Positions 47,335-60,326 of a stretch of 64,000 nt of DNA are shown here, piece by piece; position 1 is the first letter of the stretch; the number at the start of each line of letters is the position of its first letter. Source of the stretch: Ranitomeya imitator. Lineage: Eukaryota. The DNA lies in contig NC_091289.1 of assembly GCF_032444005.1 (NCBI RefSeq), positions 135,718,001-135,782,000 of the forward strand, read 5' to 3'. The position numbers and the translations under genes were made by a program. The notes below the pieces were generated by a model. That model was not told the DNA's origin. It searched no databases and saw nothing but the letters and a program-made list of their open reading frames with translations.

Positions 47335-48986
47335 CAGTTAGGGCCAGAAATATTTGGATAGTGACACAATTTTCGCGAGTTGGGCTCTGCATGCCACCAC
47401 ATTGGATTTGAAATGAAACCTCTACAACAGAATTCAAGTGCAGATTGTAACGTTTAATTTGAAGGGTTGAACAAAAATATCTGATAGAAAATGTAGGAAT
47501 TGTACACATTTCTTTACAAACACTCCACATTTTAGGAGGTCAAAAGTAATTGGACAAATAAATATAACCCAAACAAAATATTTTTATTTTCAATATTTTG
47601 TTGCAAATCCTTTGGAGGCAATCACTGCCTTAAGTCTGGAACCCATGGACATCACCAAACGCTGGGTTTCCTCCTTCTTAATGCTTTGCCAGGCCTTTAC
47701 AGCCGCAGCCTTCAGGTCTTGCTTGTTTGTGGGTCTTTCCGTCTTAAGTCTGGATTTGAGCAAGAGAAATGCATGCTCAATTGGGTTTAGATCTGGAGAT
47801 TGACTTGGCCATTGCAGAATGTTCCACTTTTTGGCACTCATGAACTCCTGGGTAGCTTTGGATGTATGCTTGGGGTCATTGTCCATCTGTACTATGAAGC
47901 GCCGTCTAATCAACTTTGCAGCATTTGGCTGAATCTGGGCTGAAAGTATATCCCGGTACACTTCAGAATTCATCCGGCTACTCTTGTCTGCTCTTATGTC
48001 ATCAATAAACACAAGTGACCCAGTGCCATTGAAAGCCATGCATGCCCATGCCATCACGTTGCCTCCACCATGTTTTACAGAGGATGTGGTGTGCCTTGGA
48101 TCATGTGCCGTTCCCTTTCTTCTCCAAACTTTTTTCTTCCCATCATTCTGGTACAGGTTGATCTTTGTCTCATCTGTCCATAGAATACTTTTCCAGAACT
48201 GAGCTGGCTTCTTGAGGTGTTTTTCTGCAAATTTAACTCTGGCCTGTCTATTTTTGGTATTGATGAATGGTTTGCATCTAGATGTGAACCCTTTGTATTT
48301 ACTGTCATGGAGTCTTCTCTTTACTGTTGACTTAGAGACAGATACACCTACTTCACTGAGAGTGTTCTGGACTTCAGTTGATGTTGTGAACGGGTTCTTC
48401 TTCACCAAATTAAGTATGCGGCGATCATCCACCACTGTTGTCATCCGTGGACGCCCAGGCCTTTTTGAGTTCCCAAGCTCACCAGTCAATTCCTTTTTTC
48501 TCAGAATGTACCCAACTGTTGATTTTGCTACACCAAGCATGTCTGCTATCTCTCTGATGGATTTTTTCTTTTTTTTCAGCCTCAGGATGTTCTTCTTCAC
48601 CTCAATTGAGAATTCCTTTGACCGCATGTTGTCTGCTCACAGCAACAGCTTCCAAATGCAAAACCACACACCTGGAATCCACCCCTGACCTTTTAACTAC
48701 TTCATTGATTACAGGTTAACGAGGGAGACGCCTTCAGAGTTAATTGCAGCCCTTAGAGTCCATTGTCCAATTACTTTTGGTCCCTTGAAAAAGAGGACGC
48801 TATGCATTACAGAGCTATGATTCTTAAACCCTTTCTCCGATTTGGATGTAGAAACTATCATATTGCAGCTGGGAGTGTGCACTTTCAGCCCATATTGTAT
48901 ATATAATTGTATTTCTGAACATGTTTTTGTAAACAGCTAAAATAACAAAACTTGTGTCACTGTCCAAATATTTCTGGCCCTAACTG
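47335..48986 (-). mobile_element. Tc1 transposon, apparently intact
   Basis: TA TSDs; TIR CAGTTAGGGCCAGAAATATTTGG / CCAAATATTTCTGGCCCTAACTG; internal inverted motif CAAAAGTAATTGGACAA / TTGTCCAATTACTTTTG. Confidence 0.96.
47590..48627 (-). CDS. Tc1 transposase, 345 aa, DD34E
   Basis: Uninterrupted ORF; paired-like HTH region with GRPR; WTDETK, QMDNDPKH, SPDLNPIE. Confidence 0.95.
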   Translation of the reverse strand: MRSKEFSIEVKKNILRLKKKKKSIREIADMLGVAKSTVGYILRKKELTGELGNSKRPGRPRMTTVVDDRRILNLVKKNPFTTSTEVQNTLSEVGVSVSKSTVKRRLHDSKYKGFTSRCKPFINTKNRQARVKFAEKHLKKPAQFWKSILWTDETKINLYQNDGKKKVWRRKGTAHDPRHTTSSVKHGGGNVMAWACMAFNGTGSLVFIDDIRADKSSRMNSEVYRDILSAQIQPNAAKLIRRRFIVQMDNDPKHTSKATQEFMSAKKWNILQWPSQSPDLNPIEHAFLLLKSRLKTERPTNKQDLKAAAVKAWQSIKKEETQRLVMSMGSRLKAVIASKGFATKY

Positions 48987-49584
48987 TATATATCCTTTAT
49001 GGAGTATTATGGAGATAACGATTATTTCGCCCTCTCAATGAGTGTCTTGCTCTTTGATCTTGTAATCGACGGTCAGTTTACAGTGAGCAATTATCAGGAA
49101 ACGAGTCCTAGAAATGATTGTTCATGATAATTTGGCATTGAAAAATGCACCCTAAGTTTTTTCAAAACCGTCACACACAAGCATATATCAGACAATTGAA
49201 ATAAGAGGTTGTTTAGTTAAAGGGTTATCCCCATCTCAGTCTTTCATTGACCGAGACCGGAATAAGTACATCCAGTTACCGGCCACTGGAAGTTGAGCTA
49301 CAGAAACAACCAAATTCAACTGCCTTACTCACTGTGTAACTGCCTCAGAGCTCTGACCTTATTATAGTTTTCTGCCTTGATGAGTGAAGGCAGGGTCGGT
49401 TTCAGTTTTTTGTGGGTCCCTCGAGAAAGAGTCTCAGTGGGCCCCTTTAACACATACCACAATTCATGATGCACAGATCCGACAGAGAAATATAGGTATG
49501 GTACAATGCCAAAGATTACACTTCTTACATTACATGAGTGATATCTATTGTACATTTTACAATAGGTCAGAAACCGACAGTATA

Positions 49585-51090
49585 GTCCTCCATACAGTAT
49601 TATGGGCACCACATAGTCCTCCACACAGAATAATGAGCCCCATATATTGCTCCATGCAGTATTATGGGCACCACATAGTCCTCCACACAGAATAATCAGC
49701 CCCATATATTGCTCCATGCAATATTATGGGCACCACACAGTGCTCCATACAGAATAATGAGCCCCATATATTGCTCCATACAGTATTATGGGTACCACAT
49801 AGATCTCCATTCAGAATAATGAGCCCCATGTATTGCTCCATACAGTATTGTGGGCACCACATTGTGCTTCCAACAATATAATTAGCCCCATATATTGCTC
49901 CATGCAATATTATGGGCACCACATAGTGCTCCATGCAGAATAATGAGCTCCATATTTTGCTCCATACAGTAATATGGGCATCACATAGTGCTCCATACAG
50001 AATAATGAGTCCCATATATTGCTCCATACAATATTATGGGCACCACAGTGATCCACGCAGAATAATGAGCCACATATATTGCTCCATACATCATAATGAG
50101 CCCCATATGTTGCTCCATACAGTATTGTGGGGACCACTTACTTCTCATTACAGAATAATGAGCACCATATATTGCTCCATACAGTATTATGGGCACCACA
50201 CAGTGCTCCAAACAGAATGAGCCCCATATAATGTTTATACAGAATTATGAACCCCATATATTGCTCCATACAGTATTATGGGCACCACATAGTTCTCCAT
50301 ATAGAATAATAAGCCCCAAATATTGCTGCATACAGTATATAATAGGCCCCATATATTGCGCTATACAGAGTATTAAGCCCAATATATTACTCCATACTGT
50401 ATAATGGGTCCCATAAAATGCTCCATAAAGAATAATGAGCCCCATATACTGCTCCATACATAATGGGTCCCATATAATGTTCCATACAGTATATGATGGG
50501 CTCCATATAATGCCCCAATACACTAGATTCCTTGATAGGGTGTTGATCCAGGGAACTAGTCTGATTGCCGTATGTGGAGTCGGGAAGGAATTTTTTTCCC
50601 CAATGTGGAGCTTACTCTTTGCCACATGGGTTTTTTTTGCCTTTCTCTGGATCAACATGTTAGGGCATGTTAGGTTAGGCTATGGGTTGAACTAGATGGA
50701 CATATAGTCTTCCTTCAACCTTAATAACTATGTAACTATGTAACTATACCGTATTGTGGGTCCCATGTAATGCTCCATAAAGTATATAATGCGCCTATAA
50801 GATTCTCCATATATAATAAACCCCATTTTTATGCTCCATATGTAATGGGCCCCATATGATGCTCCATGTATATTGGGTCCCATATGATGCTCCATGATGA
50901 GCCTAATAAAATGTTGCATATAATGGCCTGATAAATGATGCTCCAGTGTATGATGGGCCCATATAATGCTCCATATATAATGGATCCCATATATGATGCT
51001 CCAGTGTATGATGGGCCCCATATATTATGCTCCAGGGTATAATGGGCCCCATATATATGATGCTCCAGGGTATAATGATCCCCATATATA
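49585..51090. repeat. Minisatellite, ~61-bp unit, degenerating to shorter units on the right
   Basis: CACATAGTGCTCCATACAGAATAATGAGCCCCATATATTGCTCCATACAGTATTATGGGCAC repeats. Confidence 0.9.
50520..50747 (+). mobile_element. 5'-truncated CR1 3'-end copy (same family as 12903-17632) inside the minisatellite
   Basis: Near-identical to the reverse complement of 12905-13135, with (TAACTATG)n tail. Confidence 0.93.
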
Positions 51091-51915
51091 ATGCTCCAAA
51101 CCTAAAAAGAAATGAAATACTCACCTCTCGTCGTTGGCTGCTGCTCTGCTCTGGATTCCCCCCGCTCCTTAGCTTCTCTGTCTTCCGACTCTCTGCACTG
51201 TGACTGTTCAGACAGAGGGCTCACAGACATGACGTCATCGCGCCCTCTGACATGAACGTCACAGTCAGGAGATGATGAAGACGCCACAGCAGTGGAGCGG
51301 TGAGAAGTAAGTTTTGCAAGTGCCAGGGCCCTGATCAAGCGGGAGGGCCCACTCGTGGGCGCCGGCACTGGCACAGACACCTCCATAAAACACCAGTGTC
51401 CCCAATGGTGAGTGGGCCCCCCTGTCTGCTTAGGGCCCCGGCACATGCCAAGGTGCGCTGGGTACTGACACCAGCCCTGGGTGAAGGTCCTACCTTCATA
51501 ACATTCAAGTATTAGCCACAGTGAAGAGTAGCTACTCTACTCTTTCTGTAGAGGAGCTAGGATGGCTAGTGTTATCTTTGGAGGATCTTTCTAACAAAAA
51601 TAGAATATCAAATATATAACCAATAAACAAGAACCATATTAAAAATATTCTCATGCGGCATCTAATTTTTTGAGACTGGGATGGGTGCATGTGACTGCAA
51701 TTGTGGTCAACTTACATTTAATCCATTGTGTATTTGAGGCTTATACATCAGAGGCCAAAGCTTCTCTGGAAACCAAAATAGTATGTCAATGACAAGATTA
51801 ATGGATCAGCTTCTTTAAGAACAACATGTTCTAATTTGTGATGACAAATTTAAGAGCTTTAGTCCTCCAAGGATTCTATATTCTCATGCCACTGATGAAG
51901 TGAACTTGTCAATAC

Positions 51916-51952
<37 letters not shown>

Positions 51953-53508
51953 ATTAATAATAGAAATTATGATTTCTGTGATTTTCTATGTGAGCTTCTA
52001 TGGTTTCTGAAGTACATTATAAGCATTTCATAAGTTTTTAAAATTTCATTGAGAAATTTATAAAGTTTATGCACAGACTCAGTATTCACAAAGTTGTCAC
52101 CACTAGCACAGTGAGAAAAAGTCTCACGGAGCAGCGCTGAGTTCAGAGAGTTCACCGGGAGAAATGAGACATTTCTCCCGGGGAAATGCGGTGAAGTCAC
52201 CACTGCACCGTGAGACTTTTTCTTACTGTGCTAAAGGTCATCTCACCGAGGTCACTGTAGTTCAAGGACCCAGCTGGGAATGCAGCCTCGGTGACCTGCA
52301 GTAACCTTAATGACGTCACCGCTAGTCACTGAGGCTGCGCTCCCAGCAGCTCATTCACCAGTGGTTGTCGCATCTTGGCACCATCCAGGTTGAAAACTAT
52401 TTTTCCCCAGACATGGATTACGGTGTGGGACAGGTGAGGGATATGGTTGTTTTTTATTTTTTTCACAAGAGACCATAGATTCAATGGAATGGACGTTAGG
52501 TGAGCAATACTGTGTTTGTTATTTTTAAATTAAAAAGTAAAAATATGTGTTCCTATCATTTCAAATAAAAGAATATTCTGGCTGTGTGTTTATTTACAAT
52601 ATAACTATAGGATTAGTAATGGAGAGGTGTCTTATAGATGCTTCTCCATTACTAATCCATGGGCTTGATGTCACTGGACAATACAAAGGTGACAGCAACC
52701 CCACAAGTATGATCCCCACTTGCCACCACCACAGAGCAAGTGGGAAAAGTCGGGCAAAGTGCCAGAATTGGCGCCTCTTATAGATGTTCCTTTTCTGGGT
52801 GGCTGTGGGCTGCTATTCTTAGGCTGGGGGAAACCCATTTCCATGGCCCCTTAACAGCCTGAGAATGCCAGCCCACAGCTGTCTCCATTAGCTTAGCTGG
52901 TTATCAAAAATGTTGGGGAGCCCACACTGTTTCTTATTTATTTAAATAATAAAAAATCTATATGGGGACCCCTTCTAGTCTTGATAACCAACCTTGCTAA
53001 TGCTGACAGCTGAGGGTTCAGCCCACAACTGTCAGTTTTACCTGGTTCGTTATCAAAAATACAGGGGAACCCATGGCGTTTTTTTATTTTATTATTATTT
53101 ATTTAGAGTGCAGGCGCTGGTTGATGAATACTCCCATCAGCCGCTCCTGCTTTGCTGTTATTAGCGGCAGCAGGCTTAGGCTAATGAGAGTAGCCATCTA
53201 ATCAGCTGACGCCAGTGACCAGTGTTAAACTTTTTACCCTTGATCACAGCTGCGGCTCACACTGTCATGTGACACCGTGGGAACCGCAGATGTCTGATTG
53301 GCAGTAATGATTTTACCGCCGATCAGAGACAGTGTTTTCCACACTGTTATGCACATGACAGCGTGCAAACACTGGATGTTCGGACCCCCCATTCAAATGA
53401 ATGGGGTTTGGTTTCGGGTACTGTTCTAGTAACAGAACCCAAACATTTCTTCACTGTTCGGCCGAACCTGTCTGACCCAGACATCAAGGGGTCCAACCAT
53501 CTCTTGAT

Positions 53509-53575
53509 ATTATTATTATTTATATAGCACCATTAATTCCATGGTGCTGTACATGAGAAGGGGTTACATACAAAG
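53509..53575 (-). mobile_element. L2 3'-end stub
   Basis: (TAA)n tail plus hairpin GCACCATTAATTCCATGGTGC as in the other L2 copies. Confidence 0.7.
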
Positions 53576-53599
53576 TTATGTTGTTATAACATTAAATTA

Positions 53600-55600
53600 G
53601 AAACGTACTGATAGTGTTTAACATTTTTGAGAACATAAGTTTAAAGTGAAATCATAAAAAGTATTACGAAACAAATATACTGTAATATTAGACATAAAAT
53701 ATTAAAATCAATCATAGCAATATTAGTCAGGAAAAATTTGTCATGGTCTTAAACAAAACTAATTAGAGGAAAAGTTAATCTTGGGTACCAATCTCTTATA
53801 GTACTTTGGACAGTAATTATTTGATATGACATGCATGGCTCCTCTCATAACAATTATGAAGGATTATTTTATCTACAATATCTGCAATGGTGGGACTGAA
53901 TTTTTTTTTTCCAATTTGCCGCTAAGGCATTTTTAGCTTCTAGAAAAAAAGTGAATTAGTATAGGTTTCAAAGATTGATTTACTAACTCCAAATTGAAAG
54001 ATATCAAAAACCATTTGAGGAAGTAAGAAAATGTTCTGTCTTGTTATTTGATTAATAAGTAATGACGTTTCTTACCAAAAATGTTGCAGTTTGGGACATT
54101 CCCATAGAACGTGTAATAAATCTCCCCTGACTCCACATTCCCTCCAATTGGGATTTGTTTGGAAAGCCTTTGTTAGTTTATCTGGAGTAAAATACCATCT
54201 AGTGATTGTTTTAATAAAGGCCTCATGTAAATAGGCACAAATGTTCAATGAGTAAGTGAATTTTGTGCTCGTTTGCCATTGCTCGGGCACAAAGGTTTTC
54301 TTCAAATTTAATTCCCACTTTAACATAAAAGGAAATACAATAACCATCGGCACCGCGCTTAGGTTGTTACAGTGACCTACGCCTGGTCACAGGGGCGCAA
54401 TGTCCCGAATATGCTAGTAAAAATGTATGTCCCGCTATAAACAAAGTGTTAGAGGTAGCGCTGCAAACCAGACGCTACACTGCTGTGTACTACAAATACG
54501 CTCCCTCTGAAGACCAATACTTAAAGAGCCCAAATAGAAAAAGAAGATCCCTTACCATAGGTAACGATACTGGGCACACTCCGCTGTTAATGGGTGTAAG
54601 TACGGATGTGGGGCAGTCCGTACAACTGGCGATGACTGGAGGGTGGGCACACAGGAGTGTGTGCAGACGAGCGGTGTAGGGTGCCACTACTAAGTGCAGA
54701 GCCAGGGAACGTCCCGGCCGGAGGCGTCCCTGGTTGCACTGGGAAACAAAGATGGCCGACGCTGGCAAGACAGCGTGTGACGTCACAGGCCTACGGAGGC
54801 TCCTAAGGACCAAAAAGATACACCGACGCATTTCAAAGGGTAAACGTCCTCCTTCATCATGAAGAAGGGCTGTCTTGCCAGCGTTGGCCATCTTTGTTTC
54901 CCAGTGCAACCAGGGACGCCTCCGGCCGGGACGTTCCCTGGCTCTGCACTTAGTAGCGGCACCCTACACCGCTCATCCGCACACACTCCTGTGTGCCCAC
55001 CCTCCAGTCATCGCCAGTTGTACGGACTGCCCCACATCCGTACTTACACCCATTAACAGCGGAGTGTGCCCATTATCGTTACCTACGGTAAGGGATCTTT
55101 TTCTATTTGGGCTCTTTAAGTATTGGTCTTCAGAGGGAGCGTATTTGTAGTACACAGCAGTGTAGCATCTGGTTTGCAGCGCTACCTCTAACACTTTGTT
55201 TATAGTGGGACATACGTTTTTACTAGCATATTCGGGGCATTGCGCCCCTGTGGCCAGGCGTAGGTCACTGTAACAACCTAAGCGCGGTGCCGATGGTTAT
55301 AGTATTTGGTTTTTACAGAAAGCGGCACATGTTCTGTGGCTACCAGCAGCTGCGTTGTTACATTAGGTTACCCCCATTTATGTAGTAGAGGTGTAGAGCG
55401 CCGGTGACAGTGTACTTTAACATAAAAGGAGCTTTCCAAAAGAGGTATCTTGGGTAATGCAAGCATATATAGTCCTCCACCACAAGTTATTGTTTGAATC
55501 GCAGAGAAGTAAGCTAATGGGTTCAGTTACCAGAGTAACCTTACTTTTAATGGTGTTTATTTCTTTTGGCAGAACAGGGGTTAATCAGCCATATTGGAAT
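53600..55600 (-). mobile_element. Old L1-clade ORF2 3' remnant, split by the fold-back insertion; boundaries approximate
   Basis: ITRWYFTP...WRECGVRGDLLHVLWECPKLQHFW (L1 C-terminal Cys-rich motif); the reading frame continues across the TSD at 55414. Confidence 0.7.
54334..55413. mobile_element. 1.08-kb fold-back insertion (probably Penelope-related) with 17-bp TSD
   Basis: TSD ACTTTAACATAAAAGGA at 54317-33 and 55414-30; ~440-bp inverted arms 54333-54774 and 54869-55307. Confidence 0.85.
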
Positions 55601-56972
55601 CTCTGAGCTCTCACCTGGGCTTGGTGAGCCACTCCCATCCCCTTTATAATCGGTCCTGATTCAGATCCATGTCAGAGCTAGCATTTGCTGCATGGCTTAG
55701 GAGAGGTGTTCATATGGGAAGGAGTGTTGGAGGAGTTATTTGTGACTGCTGCATGGATTATAAGTGTGATTATTCCCTTCCCTTCTCTACTTTGTTTTTT
55801 TCCTCTTCCTCCACTCCCCAGTGCATTCCTCTATTTTATGTGAGTGAATATTTGTATGCCTGGTGCTTTCAGTTAACCTTTGTTTGTGCAGCCTTGTTTG
55901 TCGGGTTGGTGTACCGCGGTGCACAGTAGAGCCCCTCTTCCCTGGGTGGGAGAAGAGAACAGTTGGAGGGCTAACTCAGGAGATAAGGCAAGGGTGGCGG
56001 CCCCGGCATCTTCACATGTTTTTTGTTTTAAGAGGATAGATATTGTTTTCCTGATAGCGTTGAGAATTCCAATATCGCACTCAGTTAGCCTATTACACAT
56101 TTTTCGTTTTTTGGAAGAGAATAAATCTGATTCCATCATGGAAATCCCTGATTTTCTTTAAGCCCAATTATTTCTAAGTGTTGGGAATTTTTTTACCCCT
56201 AAATAAGTTCGATAAAATAAATTCAGATGTTTTTGATTTTATCGAATTTTGACATTTTTCTACTTGAAAAGCTAGCAAGTTTTTCCCATTCACAAATAAC
56301 TACTGATACAGTAGAGTGTTGGGCAGGTGTAAAAAATGGATCTTTAGGCCTTTTAGAGATCATTTCATCTTTAACTTGCTTAACTGTTCGCAATTACAGT
56401 AATTTTAACCAAGGGTACCAAAACTTTTACATGTCACTGTATATAGTATAATAAGCCCTATATAGTACATCACCATTTTCCTCTTATGACAGAACCAAAA
56501 TCCATTTCTGGATCTTATGAGTATTGCATATTCCATCCAATGAGCTGAGTAATCTGGATTCCAGATAGTTACGAGTTAGATTTTCCTTACATTGTAGCAG
56601 TTTGATTTCATGGACTATATTCAATTGTAGTTTAGGTGATAAGCCAAAATGATTTTATTAACTAAAAACTGAAACTGAAAAAGTGATGTGTCACTTACTG
56701 GGCTGCTTGCTACAGTTTTGATAAAATCTCTGTTTTCTGAGCTGCAGATCTAGCAGTTCTCTGAATGTTGAGCTCTGTAAAACCCCACCCACACCACTGA
56801 TTGGCAGATTTCTATGTATACTGTACATAGGCAGAAAGCTGTCAATCAGTTTTAGGGGAAGTAAAACAAACAGCCTAGTAAATAACACATCATTGCAATC
56901 AGGGTCACTGTCCCTACACCATGCCACTCTCAGATTATGTGGAAAAGCAAGGTGACAGATTCCCTTATTTAA

Positions 56973-57450
56973 AGGGACTCTGTCACCTGAATTTGGCGGG
57001 TCTTTTTTTACGGTCTGATGGGCGGTGTTTTCTCTCCTTTCATGCACCCCTTCCTTTCCCGCTGGCCGCAATATGGTCTTGAATTTGATTCGGTTTCCTC
57101 CGTAGTACACACGTGCGCAATGCAATCTTGCCTTGCGCACGCACAGTATGCTTTGCCCAACTGCGGGCAAAGCCGAAAAGCTTTGTCCCGGAAGTATTTC
57201 GCTGTGTTCGGGGACATAGTGCACCAGCGCATGCGCACTAATGCTTTCCGGCTTTGCCCGCAGATGGGCAAAGCATACTGCGCATGCGCAAGGCAAGATT
57301 GCATTGCGCACACGTGTACTACGGAGGAAACCGAATCAAATTCAAGACTATATTGCGGCCAGCGGGAAAGGAAGGGGTGCATGAAAGGAGAGAAAACACC
57401 GCCCATCGGACCATAAACAGAGCCCGCGAAATTCAGGTGACAGGTTCCCT
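56973..57450. mobile_element. Near-perfectly palindromic T2/Kolobok-type MITE, 478 bp
   Basis: TTAA|AGGGA...TCCCT|TTAA; the whole element folds back on itself. Confidence 0.88.
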
Positions 57451-59386
57451 TTAAGGGTGTAAACAACTTATTTGTCTGAAGTGGACAACCCCTTTAAGGC
57501 AAATATCTTGCTTAGATCATTGCTTAATTAAATTATTACATATAGTATCTGGTTCCTGCTTTAAATCTAATGCTTGTAGCCGGCCTACATAATTGTGTGC
57601 ATTACTCATAGGCAGCATTCTGGATTATTTGTTCACCAAGGGTCGGGAACAGGCTACATTAAGTCATAATTGTTCAGGTGCGTGTTTGCATTGCTCAGCT
57701 TGTTACTTCCACACGCAGCTCATCAGATTACTTAAAGGGCTATATCTGGATGTCCCTTGGTGATTTGTTAGTAAGAGACCTAAGCGAGATCGGAGTGAGG
57801 ATGTAGTCTGATAATGAACACCGAAGGCTAACAGTAAAAATGCTTATTAAAGTGATGAGAGCTCATAGTACCAATATAATGAGGTATTTACCATTTTGAA
57901 CAATATTTTCACAAGATTTAACAGATTAAATACTACGGAGAGCCCCTATGTGATCTACAAGCGCACGAGCGCTGTGTGGTAGCATGGCGCAGGTTTTGTG
58001 TTGTAGCCTCGGGGTTAAATATTCTATTTCCTCGTTAGGTAATGCTCAGTGCTCTATCACCAATACTCTACCTCTCATTAGTGCAAAGTGATTAACCTAT
58101 TGATTACCAATAGTGCCTTATTAAGCCGAAATTACAGCTCTCTGAGAGGGGCGACTCAATGAGGCTTCCGACTTCTCGTTAAAAATGTATATATAGGACC
58201 CACGGAGAGAATCTGCGCAGTATATATTAATATATTAACTAGTTTGTTTTTCTTTTAACTCCTTAAGGATTACAGTTTCAATTTTTTTTCCTCCCCTGGT
58301 TCCAGTAGTCATTACTGACTAATTTTCTGTCGAAATAACTGTACGAAGGCTTTTTTGTGTAATGAGTTGCAGTTTAACTTTTACCGTATAATGCACTGGG
58401 AAAAAAAAACTGCAATGGAATGGCCAAAATTTAAAAAAACATGATTCCGACACGATTCCGCTATTGTTTTTTGATTATTTTGTGTTTATGGCATTCATTT
58501 TGTAGAAAAATGACCTGACAACATAATTCTCCAGGTCAGTTTGATTATGACGAAGCTAAACTTGTTCAGTTCTTTATTATTTAAATTGTGAAGAAAAATG
58601 AGAAATTTGTAAGAAAATAAAATGTGTTTGAGTCTGTATTTTCAGAGATTCATATTTTTTTTTATATATACATATATCGAGGGAGCTCTATGAGTGCTTA
58701 TTCTTTGCGACCTGAACTGACATTTTTATTGATATCATTTTGGTGTACAAATTACATTTTACTTTCTTTATGCTTTTTTTTGGGGCGAGGAAAAGATGAT
58801 TGAAAAAATGGCAATTCTGGCATTTCAAATGATTTTTTTCTTTACTTCGTTTAACATATGGTTTAAAAAATATTCATGTTTTGATAGGATAGATTAGACT
58901 TTTTTAGACATAGTGATATGTTTATTTCTCCTAATTTTTTATTTCTTATTTTTTGAAGGGGGAAAAAGTAAAAAGTTGATTTAAACTTTTATATATTTTT
59001 AAAAAAATTACCTCTGTCTCTCAGATCTCGCTCCTGAGGACTGCAGTGAAGTGGCACAGGCGCGCATGTGCGAGATCTGAGAGGCAGAAAAGGCGGTAAT
59101 AGGATGGGCCAGACGGATGAAAGAGGTGAGTTTTTCTGGGCACAGCGCCGCACTCTCTCTTTTTTCATACCCCAGGCGTCCCAGACGCCTGCAGCTTGCT
59201 TCATTTACACCTTCCCGCTGAGGCGCCCCCTCACCTCTTCATCGGGACCGCTCCCCCCACCATATGCGGCGACCGCAGATTGTTCCGCACCCGCCCTATG
59301 GGACGGCACCCGGCGTGTAAGACGACCCCTGACATTTGAGGAGATTTTCAGAGGTTAAAAGTCATCTTTTACGCCGGAAAATATAG

Positions 59387-59463
<77 letters not shown>
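59387..59463. repeat. (TA)n microsatellite
   Basis: Direct reading. Confidence 0.95.
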
Positions 59464-60326
59464 TTAAACTCTTTGCACTTTTAGTTAACTTTTTAGTCTC
59501 CTTAGAGAACTTGCATGATTTATGGCTTTTACTATATACAGCAATAGCAGAGTATTGTAGTTCATATTAAAATCATGCTTTTCCTATGAAGCACAGGCTG
59601 CAGCTAAGCTTCACAGACCAAGATGGCAGTGTCAGGGCCTTGAGAAGGCCCACTGCCATGGTAACCCATAGGTTCCTTGCAATCTTGTCATTTAAATGAA
59701 AATGTTAGAAATTGATAGCGCAATTTAAAGGAGTTGTTCAGGTTTGGCACAAATGTTTGCAGTCACTCCTTGATTTGAACCAAGGACTCCAGCACTGCAA
59801 GGCTACAGTGCTAACCACTGAGCCACCATGCTGTCCATAGGTTTACGAGAGGAATGATATAAGAAAGAAACAGCCTAGATTTCTCAGAAGAAAATCTCTA
59901 TTGTCAGGAATGCAAATAATTACTAAATCAGACATGTCAAGAGAGAGGTGATATGTCTTCTGTAAACTACTACAACAGTTCATTTTAATCATTAGATCTT
60001 TGAATAATAATAATTTGTATGTTTTTAAATAAAATGTCCCTGTACTGAGATAATCTTATAAATGTGCCTCTGCTATGTACTGTGTAATGGCCGTGTCTGA
60101 CCGTACAGGAACATGATCATAAAACAGCTCCTGGGCAGGGGAGGAAGCAAAAGAGAGTATACAGTAGAGACATGACAGCATGGGATCACAGCTGATTCTT
60201 TATTTGAAGTAAACATTGTTTAACAGGCAGGAAAATATTTTGTCTTACAGAAAGAATCATCTGTGATCCCCTGCTGTCCTGTCTGTATACTCCTTTGCTT
60301 CCTCCCCTGCCCAGGAGCTGTGGTAT

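Noticed and set aside
49325-51124. Many 70-140-aa ORFs on both strands
   Set aside because: Translations of a tandem repeat and a CR1 3' stub; repetitive, with no domain
54446-55194. Mirror-image ORF pairs
   Set aside because: Products of the inverted repeat, not genes
56691-57466. 132-206-aa ORFs
   Set aside because: Lie in palindromic MITEs, with no recognisable motifs
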